This document shows positions 40,290 through 52,825 of a stretch of DNA of 64,000 nt, one piece after another; position 1 is the first letter of the stretch, and the number at the start of each line of letters is the position of its first letter. This DNA is from Lama glama (taxonomy: Eukaryota). The translations under genes were made by a program, and so were the position numbers. The stretch covers positions 88,352,001 to 88,416,000 of the forward strand of contig CM052817.1 in the NCBI GenBank assembly GCA_028534125.1, read 5' to 3'. Below the pieces are notes generated by a model. It was not told the DNA's origin and made no database searches. It saw only the letters and a program-made list of their open reading frames with translations.

Positions 40290-41225
40290 TTGAAAATTAA
40301 GTTTTAGAAAATTATAGCTAAGACAAAATTAACCCCACCGCCCAAAAAAAGAAACTGGAGTAGTAATATTGTTATTGGACAAAATAGATTTTTAGATAGA
40401 AAACATTAGGAAAAAAAGGTCATTACTTAATTTAAAAAGAAAAATTAAAAAATAAATATACCAATCCTGAATCTCTATATACTTAGATTTTCTCAGATCC
40501 ATAAAAAAGCCATCAACAGACCCACAAAGCCAAGCCCGTAAATTTGTAATCTTGGTTCAATAGTCTAATAGCACTTTTGCAGAAACTAGAAGATAAAGAA
40601 TATACATTAATATAAAGAATATATGAGCTGTATAATTAAGAAAATGGATTTAACAGCAATTTATGAATTTAACAAATGTGTATAGGTGTAAGGTGACTCA
40701 TTTTAACTCCTGTAGCTAGAGAAACCCTTGAGCGTGTATTAGTGAACATACAAATAGGTTGTTCATTAAATCATTGTTTAAACTTAAAAATGCTATCCTT
40801 AAATAAAAGAATAGGAAATAAATTACAGTATAGTGATATAATAGAAAAACACAGAATTTGAAGTGAATGAATTAGTTCTACATTTTAAGTTCAGATTCTC
40901 AAAATCAGAATCTCAAAAACATAAGAGGTAAGATAAGCTTTTAGAAATGCACATTTAATTTAATTATATCTTAAATATGAAAAAGCTCAATTTACAAGAA
41001 ATTATATTACTCACAGCTACAGACATATATCATAAACTCATAAAAGTATGGATATGTTAGGAATTCATCAACCTATCTTAACCTAACCTAACCTAAATGG
41101 GATGCACTGGGACTTGAAAAGTATAATAGTATTATTGTTTTTAAATCTGGATAGTGAATGAGTGTTAAATTACTCTCTACACTTATCTCTGAAGTTAAAA
41201 TCTTACAAAATTTTCAAAAGAAAGT
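40290..41225 (+). mobile_element. Old L1M/L1ME fragments
   Basis: aaagaaactggagtagtaatattgttattggacaaaatagatttt (EN-like), followed by an A-rich 3' part. Confidence 0.55.
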
Positions 41226-41309
41226 GTTTAAAAGAAAAGTATAATTTTAGTGCACATTTGCAACTCACCTTTTTCTGTTTTGCTGAATGTATCAACTGTA
41301 GTCATTACT

Positions 41310-43110
41310 TTTAATTATTCATTTAGTCGTCGTTTTATTCAATGAGCTCTTACTCCAGTGCCAGGCACTGTACTAAGTGCTGGTTTATAGAGCAGTAAAT
41401 AAAAACAAAGTGGGTCCCTTTCACCATAAATTTATCTACCTAGCAGATAAAGCAGATAGGTCATTGCCAAAGTACAGTAAAGAGAGATGACTGTTTCAAG
41501 GGAAGATCTGGGAGCAATGAGAATGCAGGGTAGACAGCTGTCCCTCCCAGGGGAGAAGACATTTAAGCTGGTACATAAAGAATGGGTCAAATTTAGAAAG
41601 AAAATTGTTGAGAGTTTGTTTTGTGGTAAACAAGGATAATTGTTCCAACCACTAGGAGGATTCTAAGGCAAATGAATCTAGCACTTTGCAGCACTGAAAT
41701 TAGTCTAGCGTGACTAATACATACCTGAATTTGAACAGAACAGGCAAAGAAGATCAGATAAGATTTGATCATCAGGCTTAGAGATCTTGGAGGGTCTAAT
41801 AAGAGTGGTAAGGATCCACTGTACAGCTTCTAAAGGAAGAAGTTATAGTATTAGATTTTATTTTTTGAAAAAATAGAATGTGGATAATTAATGTGGGAGA
41901 AGAATCTATTTGAAACAGGTGAGTTGGCTGTTCAGGAAACAGTGTTTATTAGATTCAAACAGGACAGAAAGAGTCAGAAAGAATGAGTGAGTAATTATTA
42001 CACAAACATACGAGATAGTAATCATAGGACCTGATAATTAAACAATAATGTGGTTTCCGAGAGTGAGATATTAATGATGCCTACATTTATGAATTGGGAA
42101 CTGGGTGACAAGAGGTGCCTTATATCAAGATAGGAAACAGGGCAAATGAACAATGTTTTAAACTCTTAATTCAAAAATATACTTGCACCCCAATATTTAT
42201 GCAGCCCTATTTATGATAGCCAAGATGTGGAAACAACCCAAGTGCCCATCAACAGATGATTGGTTTAAGATGTGGTGTTTATCAATATTACTCAGCTATA
42301 TAAAGTGAAATATTGCCATTTGCAGCAACATGGATGGACTTAGAGATTATCATACCAAGAGAAGTAAGTGAGAAAGAGAAAGACAAATATTATATGATAT
42401 CACTTATATGTGGAATCTAAAAAGTAATGCAAATGAATCCATATACAAAACAGAAACAGACTCAACAAAGAAAACAAACTTACGGTTACCAAAGGGGAAA
42501 GGGAAGAGGGGAGGGATATATTAGGAATATGGGATTAACTTATACAAACTACTATACATAAAATAGATAAGTAACAAAGATTTACTGTACAGCACAGGGA
42601 ACTAGATTCAATATCTTATAATAACCTATAATGGAAAATAATCTGAAAATATATATATAACTGAATCATTTTGTCGTATACCTGAAACTAGCACAATATT
42701 GTAAATCAACTCTGTTTCAATAGAAAGAGTGACATTCTGTAGAGGACATTCTGGGTTTAGTTGCATGTGACTCTTTGAGGTGCTGTCTAGTAGGAAGTCA
42801 CAAAGATGAGTCTGGCATTGAGGAGGGAATTTGGGCTGCTGAAATTTCAAATCACGAGAGTCTTCACTTGACTTGGTGTCCTCACATGTGTGAGCAGGAT
42901 CACCCAGGGAGACGGTATAGGTTGGTAATGAATGAGGACATAGTAATGAACCCTGAAGGAAGCCACGTTGCATTGGGTTAATGAAAGTTGAAGATACAGG
43001 AGAGTAGGCTAAAATTCTTTAAGAAGTTTGTGGTAGTCTGAAGAAAATCAGGGTAGTAAATGGAGTTTGCATGAAAGAAAATTTTTAGTGACTGGTATTT
43101 GATTAAATGC
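41310..43110 (-). mobile_element. L2 interrupted by an L1 3' end
   Basis: ttattcaatgagctcttactccagtgccaggcactgtactaagtgctgg is the L2 3' end; L2-like sequence resumes after 42740. Confidence 0.65.
42165..42722 (+). mobile_element. L1 3' end
   Basis: gatagccaagatgtggaaacaacccaagtgcccatcaacagatga...tgtaaatcaactctgtttcaata. Confidence 0.95.
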
Positions 43111-43499
43111 TGATGCAAAAAACCCACCCATGGACTTTTTCCTCCTCTTTGAAGGGTCTGTGCAAGAGCTGTGCTTTCTACACAGAATGTTCTTCTACCA
43201 GATAACCCTATAGCCAGGACTTTTTCTCATTGCTATTTTAGCTTAAAAATTACCTCTTCAGAGAGACTTTTTTCTAAATTTCAGACTTAATATTCTGTCG
43301 TCTCCCACTGAAGCTTCTTTTCACATCCTCACATGGAATGGATCACATCACTCTGTTTCATTTTCATCAGCTTTATTTATCAACACCTATTATGCTTTGT
43401 TTAGTTATTAAATTGTTTATTTTGTGCAGGTAGTGAGAAGTTAAAGCTTGACTTTCAAATACAATTTTATCTTTGCTTTCCTAGAGTAAATACGAAAGT

Positions 43500-44465
43500 A
43501 TCTGATTATAATATAGTTATATAATGATGCCTAATTCACTTTGCTAATATTTTGTGGATGATATGAATTTATATTCTTGTGAAAAAATCCCTTTCCAGTT
43601 CCATTTGTAAAATCTTTGTCAGGTTTTGACATCAAGGTTTATGTGGTTTTTATTTTCAAATGGACAGTATTTAATATTCTCAGGATTAGTTGAGTAGAGT
43701 TGGTGGTATTGAGTTCTTAAATATTTGGAAGCTATCATTGGTGAAACCATCTGGTGTTTTCCTTACGGACTGTGTATGTACTGAGTATCTGTGATTCATA
43801 TAGGACAAAGCAGATTTTTCAGTTCTTGTGTCAGTTGGTAAACTGTTTATCTAGAAATTTGTTTTTAATATAAATTTTAAAATTTATTGTCATAAGCTTT
43901 TCCTAAACTGCTTATTCTCCTTCTGATGTCTGCAGGTTAGGGAGTGACATCACCTTTTGGGTTTCTGATACTGATTTACTCTGCCTTCTTTGTGTTCTTT
44001 CTCAGTTTTCCAGGTATATTTCAATTTTATTAGACTTCTCAAATATCAAATTTGCCTTTTAAAATCCACTCTACTGTACTATATTTATCTATCACTTATT
44101 CATGCTTTTATCTTTATTATTCTTGAGTATAATTTGATATTTTCAAAATTCTATCATATACTTATTTTATTTTTATTATGTTTTCTATTATGTGAAATTA
44201 TAGGTCAATATTTCTCTTTGAGAAAAACTTGAACTACTTCCCACAAGTTTTGGTAGGTCACGTTTTCATTATCATTTGGTTCAAAATATTTTGTAATGTG
44301 CTTTATAAATTTATGAATAAATAAAATATGCAGTGTTTAGTTTTCAAGCATTTGAAGATTTTCAGTTATTTTTTGTCATTGAATTCTAGCTTAATTCTCC
44401 ATGAAGTCAGAAAACATACTCTCTCCTGATTTTTGTAGTTTAGTATTTGTTGATTTTTGTGGTCA
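43500..44465 (-). mobile_element. Old L1M ORF2 fragment
   Basis: ctttgtcaggttttgacatcaaggtt...gtgaaaccatctgg. Confidence 0.65.
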
Positions 44466-44767
44466 CAGTTTGCCCTGACTTAGAAGAATAGGAGAATGCA
44501 ACAGAATGTGTTTTCTAACAAAGAGTTGACTCTTTCCCCCTGTGGAACAAAACATTGGTGTATGAACCAAGTAACAAGATCTATTTTATGCAATGAAATT
44601 ACATTATCGGTCCAAGGACTGGTAGCTTAGGCATAATAAGGTAACTAGATGTATGGAAAAATACAGCAGAGAACTCTGACTCTGTGTATAATTGTTTTTT
44701 CTCAGTAATTGCAGTAAGGATAACCACTCCAGACAGCATCAAGTCCCAAGTGTACCCCTCTCTTTAC

Positions 44768-44884
44768 CTGTGTTTTGTCCAGCCCGGGAGCTAATTTTAA
44801 TAAGACCTAAACATTATTTGATGTTATCTCCAATCTTCTTCCTATTTGTTTTTCTTTTTTTATTCAGAGAAGAATTCTCAAGGC
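44768..44884 (-). pseudogene. Pseudo-exon, basic linker
   Basis: aattCAG acceptor, CAG|GTAAAG donor, 117 nt, phase 1 to 1. Reads GLENSSLNKKRKTNRKKIGDNIK*CLGLIKISSRAGQNT. Confidence 0.55.
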
Positions 44885-45577
44885 CTGAATTAGTGATAAG
44901 AATAAAGGTTTAGGAAGGAAAAAATACATTTATTTCCAGTTTTAGCTAACCTACCATCATAGGACAATTGAATATCCTTGACATAAGGCTTTTTAAAAAG
45001 AAATAGGGCTATGTATTTGAAAGCAGAAATGAACAAGTAAGTAAAGTCACCAAATATTCTTTCCCCTGAATTTAGTCCCGATGAAGGATACACTTAATTT
45101 CCTGTCATCCCCGTTGGGGATGTAGCTGGTGACAGGTGCAACTGAGGCGATGCCTCTCGGACCAGAGTGTGGCTGCTGCTACGTGCATCCTTCAGTTGAT
45201 TTTTTTAAAGTGGAAATCCCATGACCTGAGTCTGTTGTCGAAGTTGGACCCTGCAACAGCCTTCCCCAAACTCTATACAATTACTATACCTATTTTCCCT
45301 CAAGTTTCAAGATCTCCTTAAGTAGATCACCAATATATGACCTCATGTTTTATTAATAAGAAGTGGAGACATTTTTTCCTGCTGCCTGTTTTTTGCTTTA
45401 AGGCTTGCATGTTGAAAAGGATACCTATTTTTTTTTATTGTCTTAGCTACTTTATCTTGCTCAGTGAAACCAAATTCAAATCATAAATTCTTGCAGCCAA
45501 TTGTTACTGTCTAGTAAGGAGAAAAATCTTCTATTTTCTTATTAAATTGCTTTTTTATTATACATAAAATTGACTAC

Positions 45578-45676
45578 CAGGCTCTTTCTTCATTTTGCAA
45601 GCATGACAATCACAGGAACATCTTTCAAAATCCTTATACATGGCATGACTGTAAGATACTGCTTATAGGTGGCTAC
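45578..45676 (-). pseudogene. Pseudo-exon, end of PXA-like domain
   Basis: Reads VATYKQYLTVMPCIRILKDVPVIVMLAK*, similar to 'ILLPLINQLSDP'. Splice sites are degraded. Confidence 0.4.
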
Positions 45677-47690
45677 TTTAAAGAATGAAGTGAAGCAACT
45701 AAATAATTTCAAACATACAATATTTGAAATATTTATTGATCTATAAATTTGTTAACTTGCATTCTTCCACCTATTCTAGTCTATTTCGATGCATAAACTA
45801 TTTTCAAAATTAGAATTGTCTCATGTATATGGCTATATTTCATGTTAAAGCAAAGTCAAATTTAAAAACCTAGTTTTATAGCAATTTTCTGAATATTAAG
45901 ACAAAACATAAACAGAATTATTATCTTCCCATATGGTCTTGTAGTTTAGTCTCTTATTAGTATTTGTCCATAGTACAGTACCATTGCCATTTTTCAGAAG
46001 ACTGTATTTTTATAAAGTCTCTCATTAAAAAAAAATATTTTTGCCTGAAATATTCTTCAAAGTTACATTTTATGGTTAGTTTGAAATTGTAGACTCTTCA
46101 GCTGGCTTTTCTCTGTCCAACATTATACTTTTAATTCAGGAAACTGTTTCATCATAGGTATTGAGGTAAGATCAGAGTAAATTCTAAATTTTGTTAGATT
46201 GATGTTATTAATATTATCTTTTCAATATTGAAACATATAAATATTTTAGCCCAAATATTATCACAGGTATTGTCTTTTACTTTCAAGAAATCTTCTAAGA
46301 TAAATTTTTACAATGCAAAACTTATTAAAACTCTTGTCTATATTTAAGATATTTTGAATGTTTGCCAAACTTAAATGCTGCAAAATTACAAGTTTTCCCA
46401 ATTTAATTCCATTGTGGTACAGAATATAAATAGACTCAGTGAAATGGAGGCTGCATCCGAATATTCTTCTCACAAGCTAAGATGTTAATAAAAATATATA
46501 CATAACAGAAAATCTTATCTATGGTTGCATATTTTATCACTTTGCTTTTATGTAAATGAATGTTAATGATTTCTGGTTTGAAAGCTTTGTTTTCAACAAT
46601 CTGAATTCTCAAGCTAAAAAGCTAAAAAAAAAATTGGTGCTGTCTCCATTAACTATTGTGTTAAACATTTTCTGCCTCGTTTTGAATAAACTTTTTGAAT
46701 TTGAAAGATGTCAGAAAAATCAGCATCACTTCAATGTGTACTGAGGTTTATTAAACAAATAGTTATTCAAAGGCTCAAACATTTCTAAAGTCCAATCGAT
46801 GATGGCAGCAAGGAAAAAATATATTTTTTACATTAAACTTCAGTTTAATCCCCAAATTTTGTAGTATAGTTATCCTATTATGTGTATTTATGTGTTTATT
46901 TTGACAACTGTAGCTTCTACATTATTACAATGTTGTATTTTATAGAGATGCAGATTTGTTTGTGTATTACAATCCGAAGTATATTTCTGTTCTGTAAATT
47001 TCTTACTTTAGTAAATAACAACAGGTTTTTTTTATTATGATGCTATGTTCTACTAATATTTGTTTTCTAATCATCATCTCAAAGACAAATAATTTTGTCT
47101 GCAATGTTAAACCTTATAAATGAGCTTACAGGACTATTTACAATAATAAAAAAGGCTTCACCTTTGAAGAATGAACTTCCAAAAGCTTTATGAGCATTCC
47201 ATAACAATATAAACCATTACTGAAATTAAGTTAATCGATTTTGTTTTTGAAGCATCTGTCATATAATATGTTATAAAACTGGCAACATTTAGCTGTTCTG
47301 CTAATGATGCCAAGATGTTAAGAGCTATTGTTTCACATTTCATATGTGCACAAGAAAAATTAGAATAAAAAAAGAGCAAAATTAATTGTGGCGGTAATGG
47401 AGATGTGCCATTTTGATTTGCCTTCAAAAAAGAAATAAAATATGCCTTTCTGGGAGGAATGTAATCAGATAACAGTCTCCAGCTGCACCATTTGGGACCT
47501 CCTGCAGCATTTGAGTGGAGGCCCTGCTCTCTCAGGGAAGCCACGTTGACTGAACACAATGGCAATACTAGGGCCTGATGATTTCTGCACAACTTGAAAC
47601 TCATTGACTGGGCAACCTTTATTCTGTACAGTTGGATTTACTGAGGCATTGTCAGATTTACATTGCAATCTGTGTTTGTCTCTTTTTCCC

Positions 47691-48078
47691 CGTTACGGAA
47701 TTAATAATGTGTCCCTCAAATCCACACAACAAAGCCCTAAATCCCTTGCATCAGAGTGACTGTATTTGGAGCTAGACCCTTTACAGAGGTGATAAAGTTA
47801 AATGAGGCCATTAGAGTGGGGCCCTTATCCATTATGACTGTTGGTCTTAAAAGAAGAGAGATACCAGGGGTGCATGTGCACAGATGGATGACCACATGGA
47901 AGAGGCAGCAAGAGGGTGGCCATCTGCAAGCCAAGGAGAGAGATCTCAGAGGAAGCCAGCCTAGCCAGCACCTTGACCTTGGATTTACAGCCTCCAGAAC
48001 TGTATGGGGTCAGGGAGTGATGTTAAGTCACCAAGCCTGGGATATTTGGTTAAAAACAGCCTTAGCAAACTAATATAC
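47691..48078 (+). mobile_element. MaLR LTR (MLT1B-like)
   Basis: gtgactgtatttggagctagaccctttacagaggtgataaagttaaatgaggcc...agcaaactaatata. Confidence 0.85.
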
Positions 48079-48166
48079 TACCTGTTTTCACAGGTGTCAA
48101 GTCTGCATTGCAATCTGAAGCCTTTCTTTACCCAGTCCTACTTTATTCCTGTTACCTTTCACAGAC

Positions 48167-48614
48167 TCTATTAAGTTCCTATTCCTTCAGTAACAGATTA
48201 TCACAAACTTAGTGGCTTAAGAGAACATCAATTTATTATCTTACAGTTTTGAAAGTCAGAGGTACAAAGTGGTTTTCACAGGGCTAAAACTCAAGGTGTT
48301 GGCAGCATTGCATTTTTCTGGAGGCTCCAGCAGAGAATCTATTTAGTTGTCACTTCCGTTGTCTACAAATTGCCCGCATTTCTTTGCTTGTGGCCTCTTT
48401 CTTCATCTTTAAAGCCAGAAGCCCAGCATTTTACAGTCTCTCTAACTCTCAACTGCCTGCCTCCCTCTTTTCACCTGTAAAAATCTAAGATATTTAATCA
48501 TATCCGCAAAGTCTCTTTTGCCAGAAAAAGTAGCATATTCAAAATATTCAAAAGTTCCAAGGATTAGCATTAGCACATGACCATTTTGGGGGGTATATTA
48601 TTCTGCTTACTATA
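48167..48614 (-). mobile_element. MaLR LTR (MLT1C/D-like)
   Basis: cacaaacttagtggcttaag...atttattatcttacagtttt...tattctgcttactata. Confidence 0.85.
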
Positions 48615-49643
48615 CAAACATTACATCTCCACTCCACAAATAAACTATTTCCACCCCTCACTCTCTTTCTGTGGAAGGACCAAGTAAGACACACAAAAAC
48701 CAATATTTTATTTAAATAAAAACTATGCTTCACAGAGTTGTATGTCAGTGCAACATCAGCAGTTGGATGCTTTCGTGATCTTTAGACCATCATTAAAATC
48801 GTAGGAACTTTTGAAGTAGATACTGATGCATCTTCAAACATTTACAGAATCAATATCATTGGAGCCTCTGTGGTAGATCATGAATGCCAGTAAAACTTAT
48901 GTGCAAATTACATGTAAAAATCAACTTTCTTAAAAAGCAGACGTTTAGTAATTAATCACACACTTTCCTATATTTTAATTTGTTGCTACATAGAGGGTTT
49001 ATTGCAAAATAAAATAGTTCCACCAAACGATAAAATAAATTTTAAAAATCTTGACTTAGTCATAGAACAAGTTATTACAAACAAACGTAAAACACAGTTA
49101 CAGGAGGTCTAGACTTTACCTTTCTCCATCTGTTTCCTGTGCATTTTTCACGCTCATCTTAAACCATTATTTGTAACATTCTCATCAGTCCCTCTACTAG
49201 ATTACCCAGAGTCTTTGCACATCTCATAAACCACAGTGCAGGCCACAGAAAAATTGGCTGCTAAGTCAAAGAACTGGCAGGGGCAACAGCATTAACTAGC
49301 CCTACCACCACCTCTCCCTAGCAGCTCGTGTTTATTTTATCAGTGAGCATCCTAAATGAAGTGCTATTAGTTATATTATAGCCAAAAAGCAAAGAATTAT
49401 CACTTTTGATTTTCAAATTAACTACATATTAAAGTGAGAAATGGATTCACTACAAATACCTCTCAGATATTACTAGTCATAACCTTGCAAGGATTAAAAG
49501 TATATTAAATGTATACTGGCTTATTTTATTGTGACTACTAATAAAAGTATCATATTGAAAATAAAAACTCTGCGACAAAGTTAGACAGGAGACCTGGACA
49601 AAGGAACCTAATCTTTATACCCTAATACTCTTCTTAAACTCAC

Positions 49644-49854
49644 CTCTCTCAGTATAAAATATGTTGGAGCAATTCTGCAGAGATTCCATTCCTTTCTAAA
49701 TAACTGATGACTCAAAGGAACAAGAGTCAAAAAGTTGTTCATCTTTGCCTCATGTAGATCAGTATCTGCTGTTAAATATGGAAAATGATCTTTCATGTAT
49801 TTAATTTATGGATGATTTTCCTCTTAGTGATCAAATGGATCTTTTCAGGTGTCT
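49644..49854 (-). pseudogene. Pseudo-exon, PXA C-terminal-like
   Basis: CTAAC branch point, ctctccccttgactgCAG acceptor, GAG|GTGAGT donor, 211 nt, phase 2 to 0. Reads DT*KDPFDH*EENHP*IKYMKDHFPYL...EWNLCRIAPTYFILRE with three in-frame stops. Confidence 0.7.
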
Positions 49855-50078
49855 CTGCAGTCAAGGGGAGAGTTAGACAACCATCTGCCTTTCGTTATTC
49901 TATAGTTAACTCTTTTTTATTGAAAATTGTCTACCTATCTTGTCATTAATTGAATGAATTTATCATCGTGCATATCAGTGTAGGAAAAAAATATGTTCTG
50001 ACCCTGTATAATTGTTCCTATGAGCAGATTTCCAAATCCCCTCTTGTAAAACATAGTGTGCAGACTTTTTTTTGTATG

Positions 50079-50720
50079 TGTTGCCAGCGATTGGGTTCTT
50101 GTCTCATTACAGAAAGAATTCAGAGACGTGAAGGTTAAGAAAGTAAAGTGAGAATTTATTAAGCAATAGTTAGTACACCCTCAAGGGGTGAGCGGGCAGG
50201 CCCAGGTGAACAGCTGCAATGAGCTTCTTTGGGAAGTTGTTACATAGCATGTAAAAGTAAATGGATGGAATAATCACTGGGGAGGGGAGGGTTTGGCATC
50301 ACTTTCCTTGATTTACATCCCAGCTCCACCTTCGCAAGGGGAAGAGGGATGTTTGTCTTTATTTAGTCTGGATCGGAAGTGTCATGGCACTGGTGCATGA
50401 TGGGCGCTTCTAATCTGCGAGACTAATTTTATTGCAGTGAGGGCATAATGAGCAAAAGGTTACATTCGGACACTGAGATTCCTGTCTTCCCACCTTTCTT
50501 TGCCTCCAGGCCACTTGTCACCCCAAAGTGTGTGATCTCTCATCAGTCCAGAGGTTCCTGCTCTTCTGTCTGCCCAAGGACCCCTGTTGTTCACATGACA
50601 TATGGTTTCCTGCCATTTGGCCCGTGCCCCTCCTTTTTCTGCCCATTCCCATCATTTGGCCCCGTTTGGCCCACATCCCCCTTTTCTCTGCTCTAATCAA
50701 GCTCTCTGCCTGCTCTAACA
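50079..50720 (-). mobile_element. Solo ERV1-type LTR with 4-bp TSD
   Basis: TGTT...AACA termini; TATG on both sides (50075-50078 and 50721-50724); AATAAA on the minus strand near 50156-50161. Confidence 0.9.
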
Positions 50721-51449
50721 TATGTAGCTATCATCTGGCTGACATTATTTATTGTTCAGCAGTCTCAGTGACTCACATTCTTTCTGTGGGAATATCCAGG
50801 ACATTCACATATCACTTGTCATGAATAAATCTTTTTTTATATCCTTGGATATCATTCAATAATATTATCTGTTTTTTAAATATTGAAAATGACTAAGATC
50901 CTGTTTTCCACAGTAGTCCCATCTTGGGACAAATTTTCAAAATTGTAAAGTTTAACAAGTTATCCAGAAACATTTCACTCTAATTCCTCTTCCTACTAAT
51001 CTGATAAAGGAAAAATAAATCCATACCATGTATTTCTTCATATAATTTAAATACTTTAATTTTCTAAAATGTTTTTGGCATATGCAAACTATATCTATTT
51101 TAGATATAAGAAAACTGGGTTTCAGAGACTTTATGAATTTGCTTTGCCCAGGATCTCTGGGTGAAAGAACTAGGGACAAATACAGGAATCCAGTGCAACA
51201 TCCATGTGATTTCTGTCACAGTAAGGAAGTAACACTTCTAGAGGGTTACATTAAAGCTGCATGTAGGTATAATGGGATGATAATCTCTCAGTGATTGTTA
51301 AGGAATAACAGTGATTAAAAAGCAGTACTGAAAACCTTCCTTATCTTTGACAAGGAATCAATATCACTGACTTAAAGGAGCAGAAATTAATAGTCCATTA
51401 ATGGTTAAGAAGCTTCCTTATCTTTTTGGTTCTTGGGACATCCAGAGGC

Positions 51450-51756
51450 AAAGTATAAAAGCAGCAGCAACAGCAACAAGAACAACAGTAAAACCACTAA
51501 TTCTGTGTAAATCATGGCATCGTCTCTCAACTCGCTGGGAAATTAAGTGACAGTTTCCGAGAAATAAGGTCAGCATTTTAAGAGACAAAAAACCACATGA
51601 AGCTAATCTGGAAATGTCTTGCTTTTCAGAAATGTTTTACCAAGAAATGACAGAGAGCATGCCAAGAGTTATCAAACTGTCAACCCCTCCCCCCTTCTGA
51701 CTGGTGCAGGAGCAAGTGATCTTGCTAAGATAAACCTGCAGTCTTATCTGGTAAGT
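51450..51756 (+). promoter_or_regulatory. Candidate enhancer with plus-strand exon 51630-51750
   Basis: TATAAAA 51454, GAS motif TTCCGAGAA 51555-51563, AAGGTCA 51566, cttgcttttCAG acceptor, CTG|GTAAGT donor, inverted GATA pair. Confidence 0.35.
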
Positions 51757-52084
51757 CGAATTAATTTACGGGGGGACACAGATGGTGTTTTTATCTCATT
51801 TTCCCATTGAAGAGTATGGCTTTGAAAGTGAAAAGAGCGTATGAAAAATGAAGTATTGGCTAGGTAGATGGTGCTGAAGAAATGAATTTGGTTTCGGAGA
51901 CTTGGCAGGGATAGGACACTTCTCACGTGGCCCAGGAAGAATGGATCTGGCAGGAGGCTGGTGATCTGATTAAAAGCATTTTCAGCTAAAATGTAGAGAG
52001 GACTGAGAAAGTATAAAACTAATATGAAAATATTCCATGGTTAAGAATCAGAAGAACCGGGTAAGAATTGCCCATGAATTAGTA

Positions 52085-52110
52085 AAAAAAAAAAAAAAAA
52101 AAAAAAAAAA
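52085..52110 (+). repeat. Poly(A) run
   Basis: About 26 consecutive A. Confidence 0.9.
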
Positions 52111-52825
52111 TTCAGAAAAGCTTATGGAGAGATAACTGTGATTTCAGATGCTTATACACACTGCAGAGTATTGAGTGACAAATAATATGTAACATTTTCT
52201 CAGTTAAGATTGATTTAATTAAAGTATGCACCAGTATTTTATGTATCCGTTATCCACATACACACGTGGAGAAAGCAGAAACATTAACAAGTTAAGTAAA
52301 TAAGTATATAGATGTACATAAACAAATTTTTTAAAAATTTCCAATGTGGAAAAATACGGCCTTTTTTGAATTGAAAAAATAGTTCTGTTAGTAAAAGTAC
52401 AATGTATTAAATGTTATTTAAGCATTTTACATTCCTTATCTCAATTTAATTTTCCTGCATATTCTGTGCAGGGCATTTTAAATTTACCCCTGTTACTTCC
52501 CCATTATGTACATATGGGCATGTTTCTTATCTTGTCAGAGAAAGAGAGCTATAAGCAAGTTTTAGCTCCAATCTTATTGAAGGGTCTTATAAAAGTTCTT
52601 TAAATTTATAGGATTCAGTATATTTTTCTGTCAAATAGAATGAATACTCTGTTTCATTATTGTTTTCGTGAAGGTTAAACAGAAATAGTTTATGGAACAA
52701 AGTACTTAGTATAATTTCTTGGATATAGCAAGCTCTCATTCCCTACAACTGCTCCATCTCTGTGTTCCTTACTCCAGATCAGGCCCATCTCGAAGTGTGG
52801 AAACTGTTCTTGATTGCATCTTCTT

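Larger units (their letters stand above)
47390..48680 (+). mobile_element. LTR16-like ERVL LTR in three pieces
   Basis: ttcacaggtgtcaagtctgcattgcaatctgaag...cccagtcctacttt; ends ggaccaagtaagacac. Confidence 0.55.
46080..48775 (-). mobile_element. hAT-Blackjack (MER63/BLACKJACK-like) transposase relic, interrupted at ~47390-48680
   Basis: FSCAHMKCETIALNILASLAEQ...TDASKTKSINLISVMV; IIDWTLEMFEPLNNY; the upstream part TYNSVKHSF lies beyond the LTR cluster. Confidence 0.7.

Noticed and set aside
46261..46473. Apparent minus-strand exon
   Set aside because: Part of the hAT transposase relic.
47465..47668. 67-aa minus-strand ORF
   Set aside because: Lies within the LTR16-like LTR.
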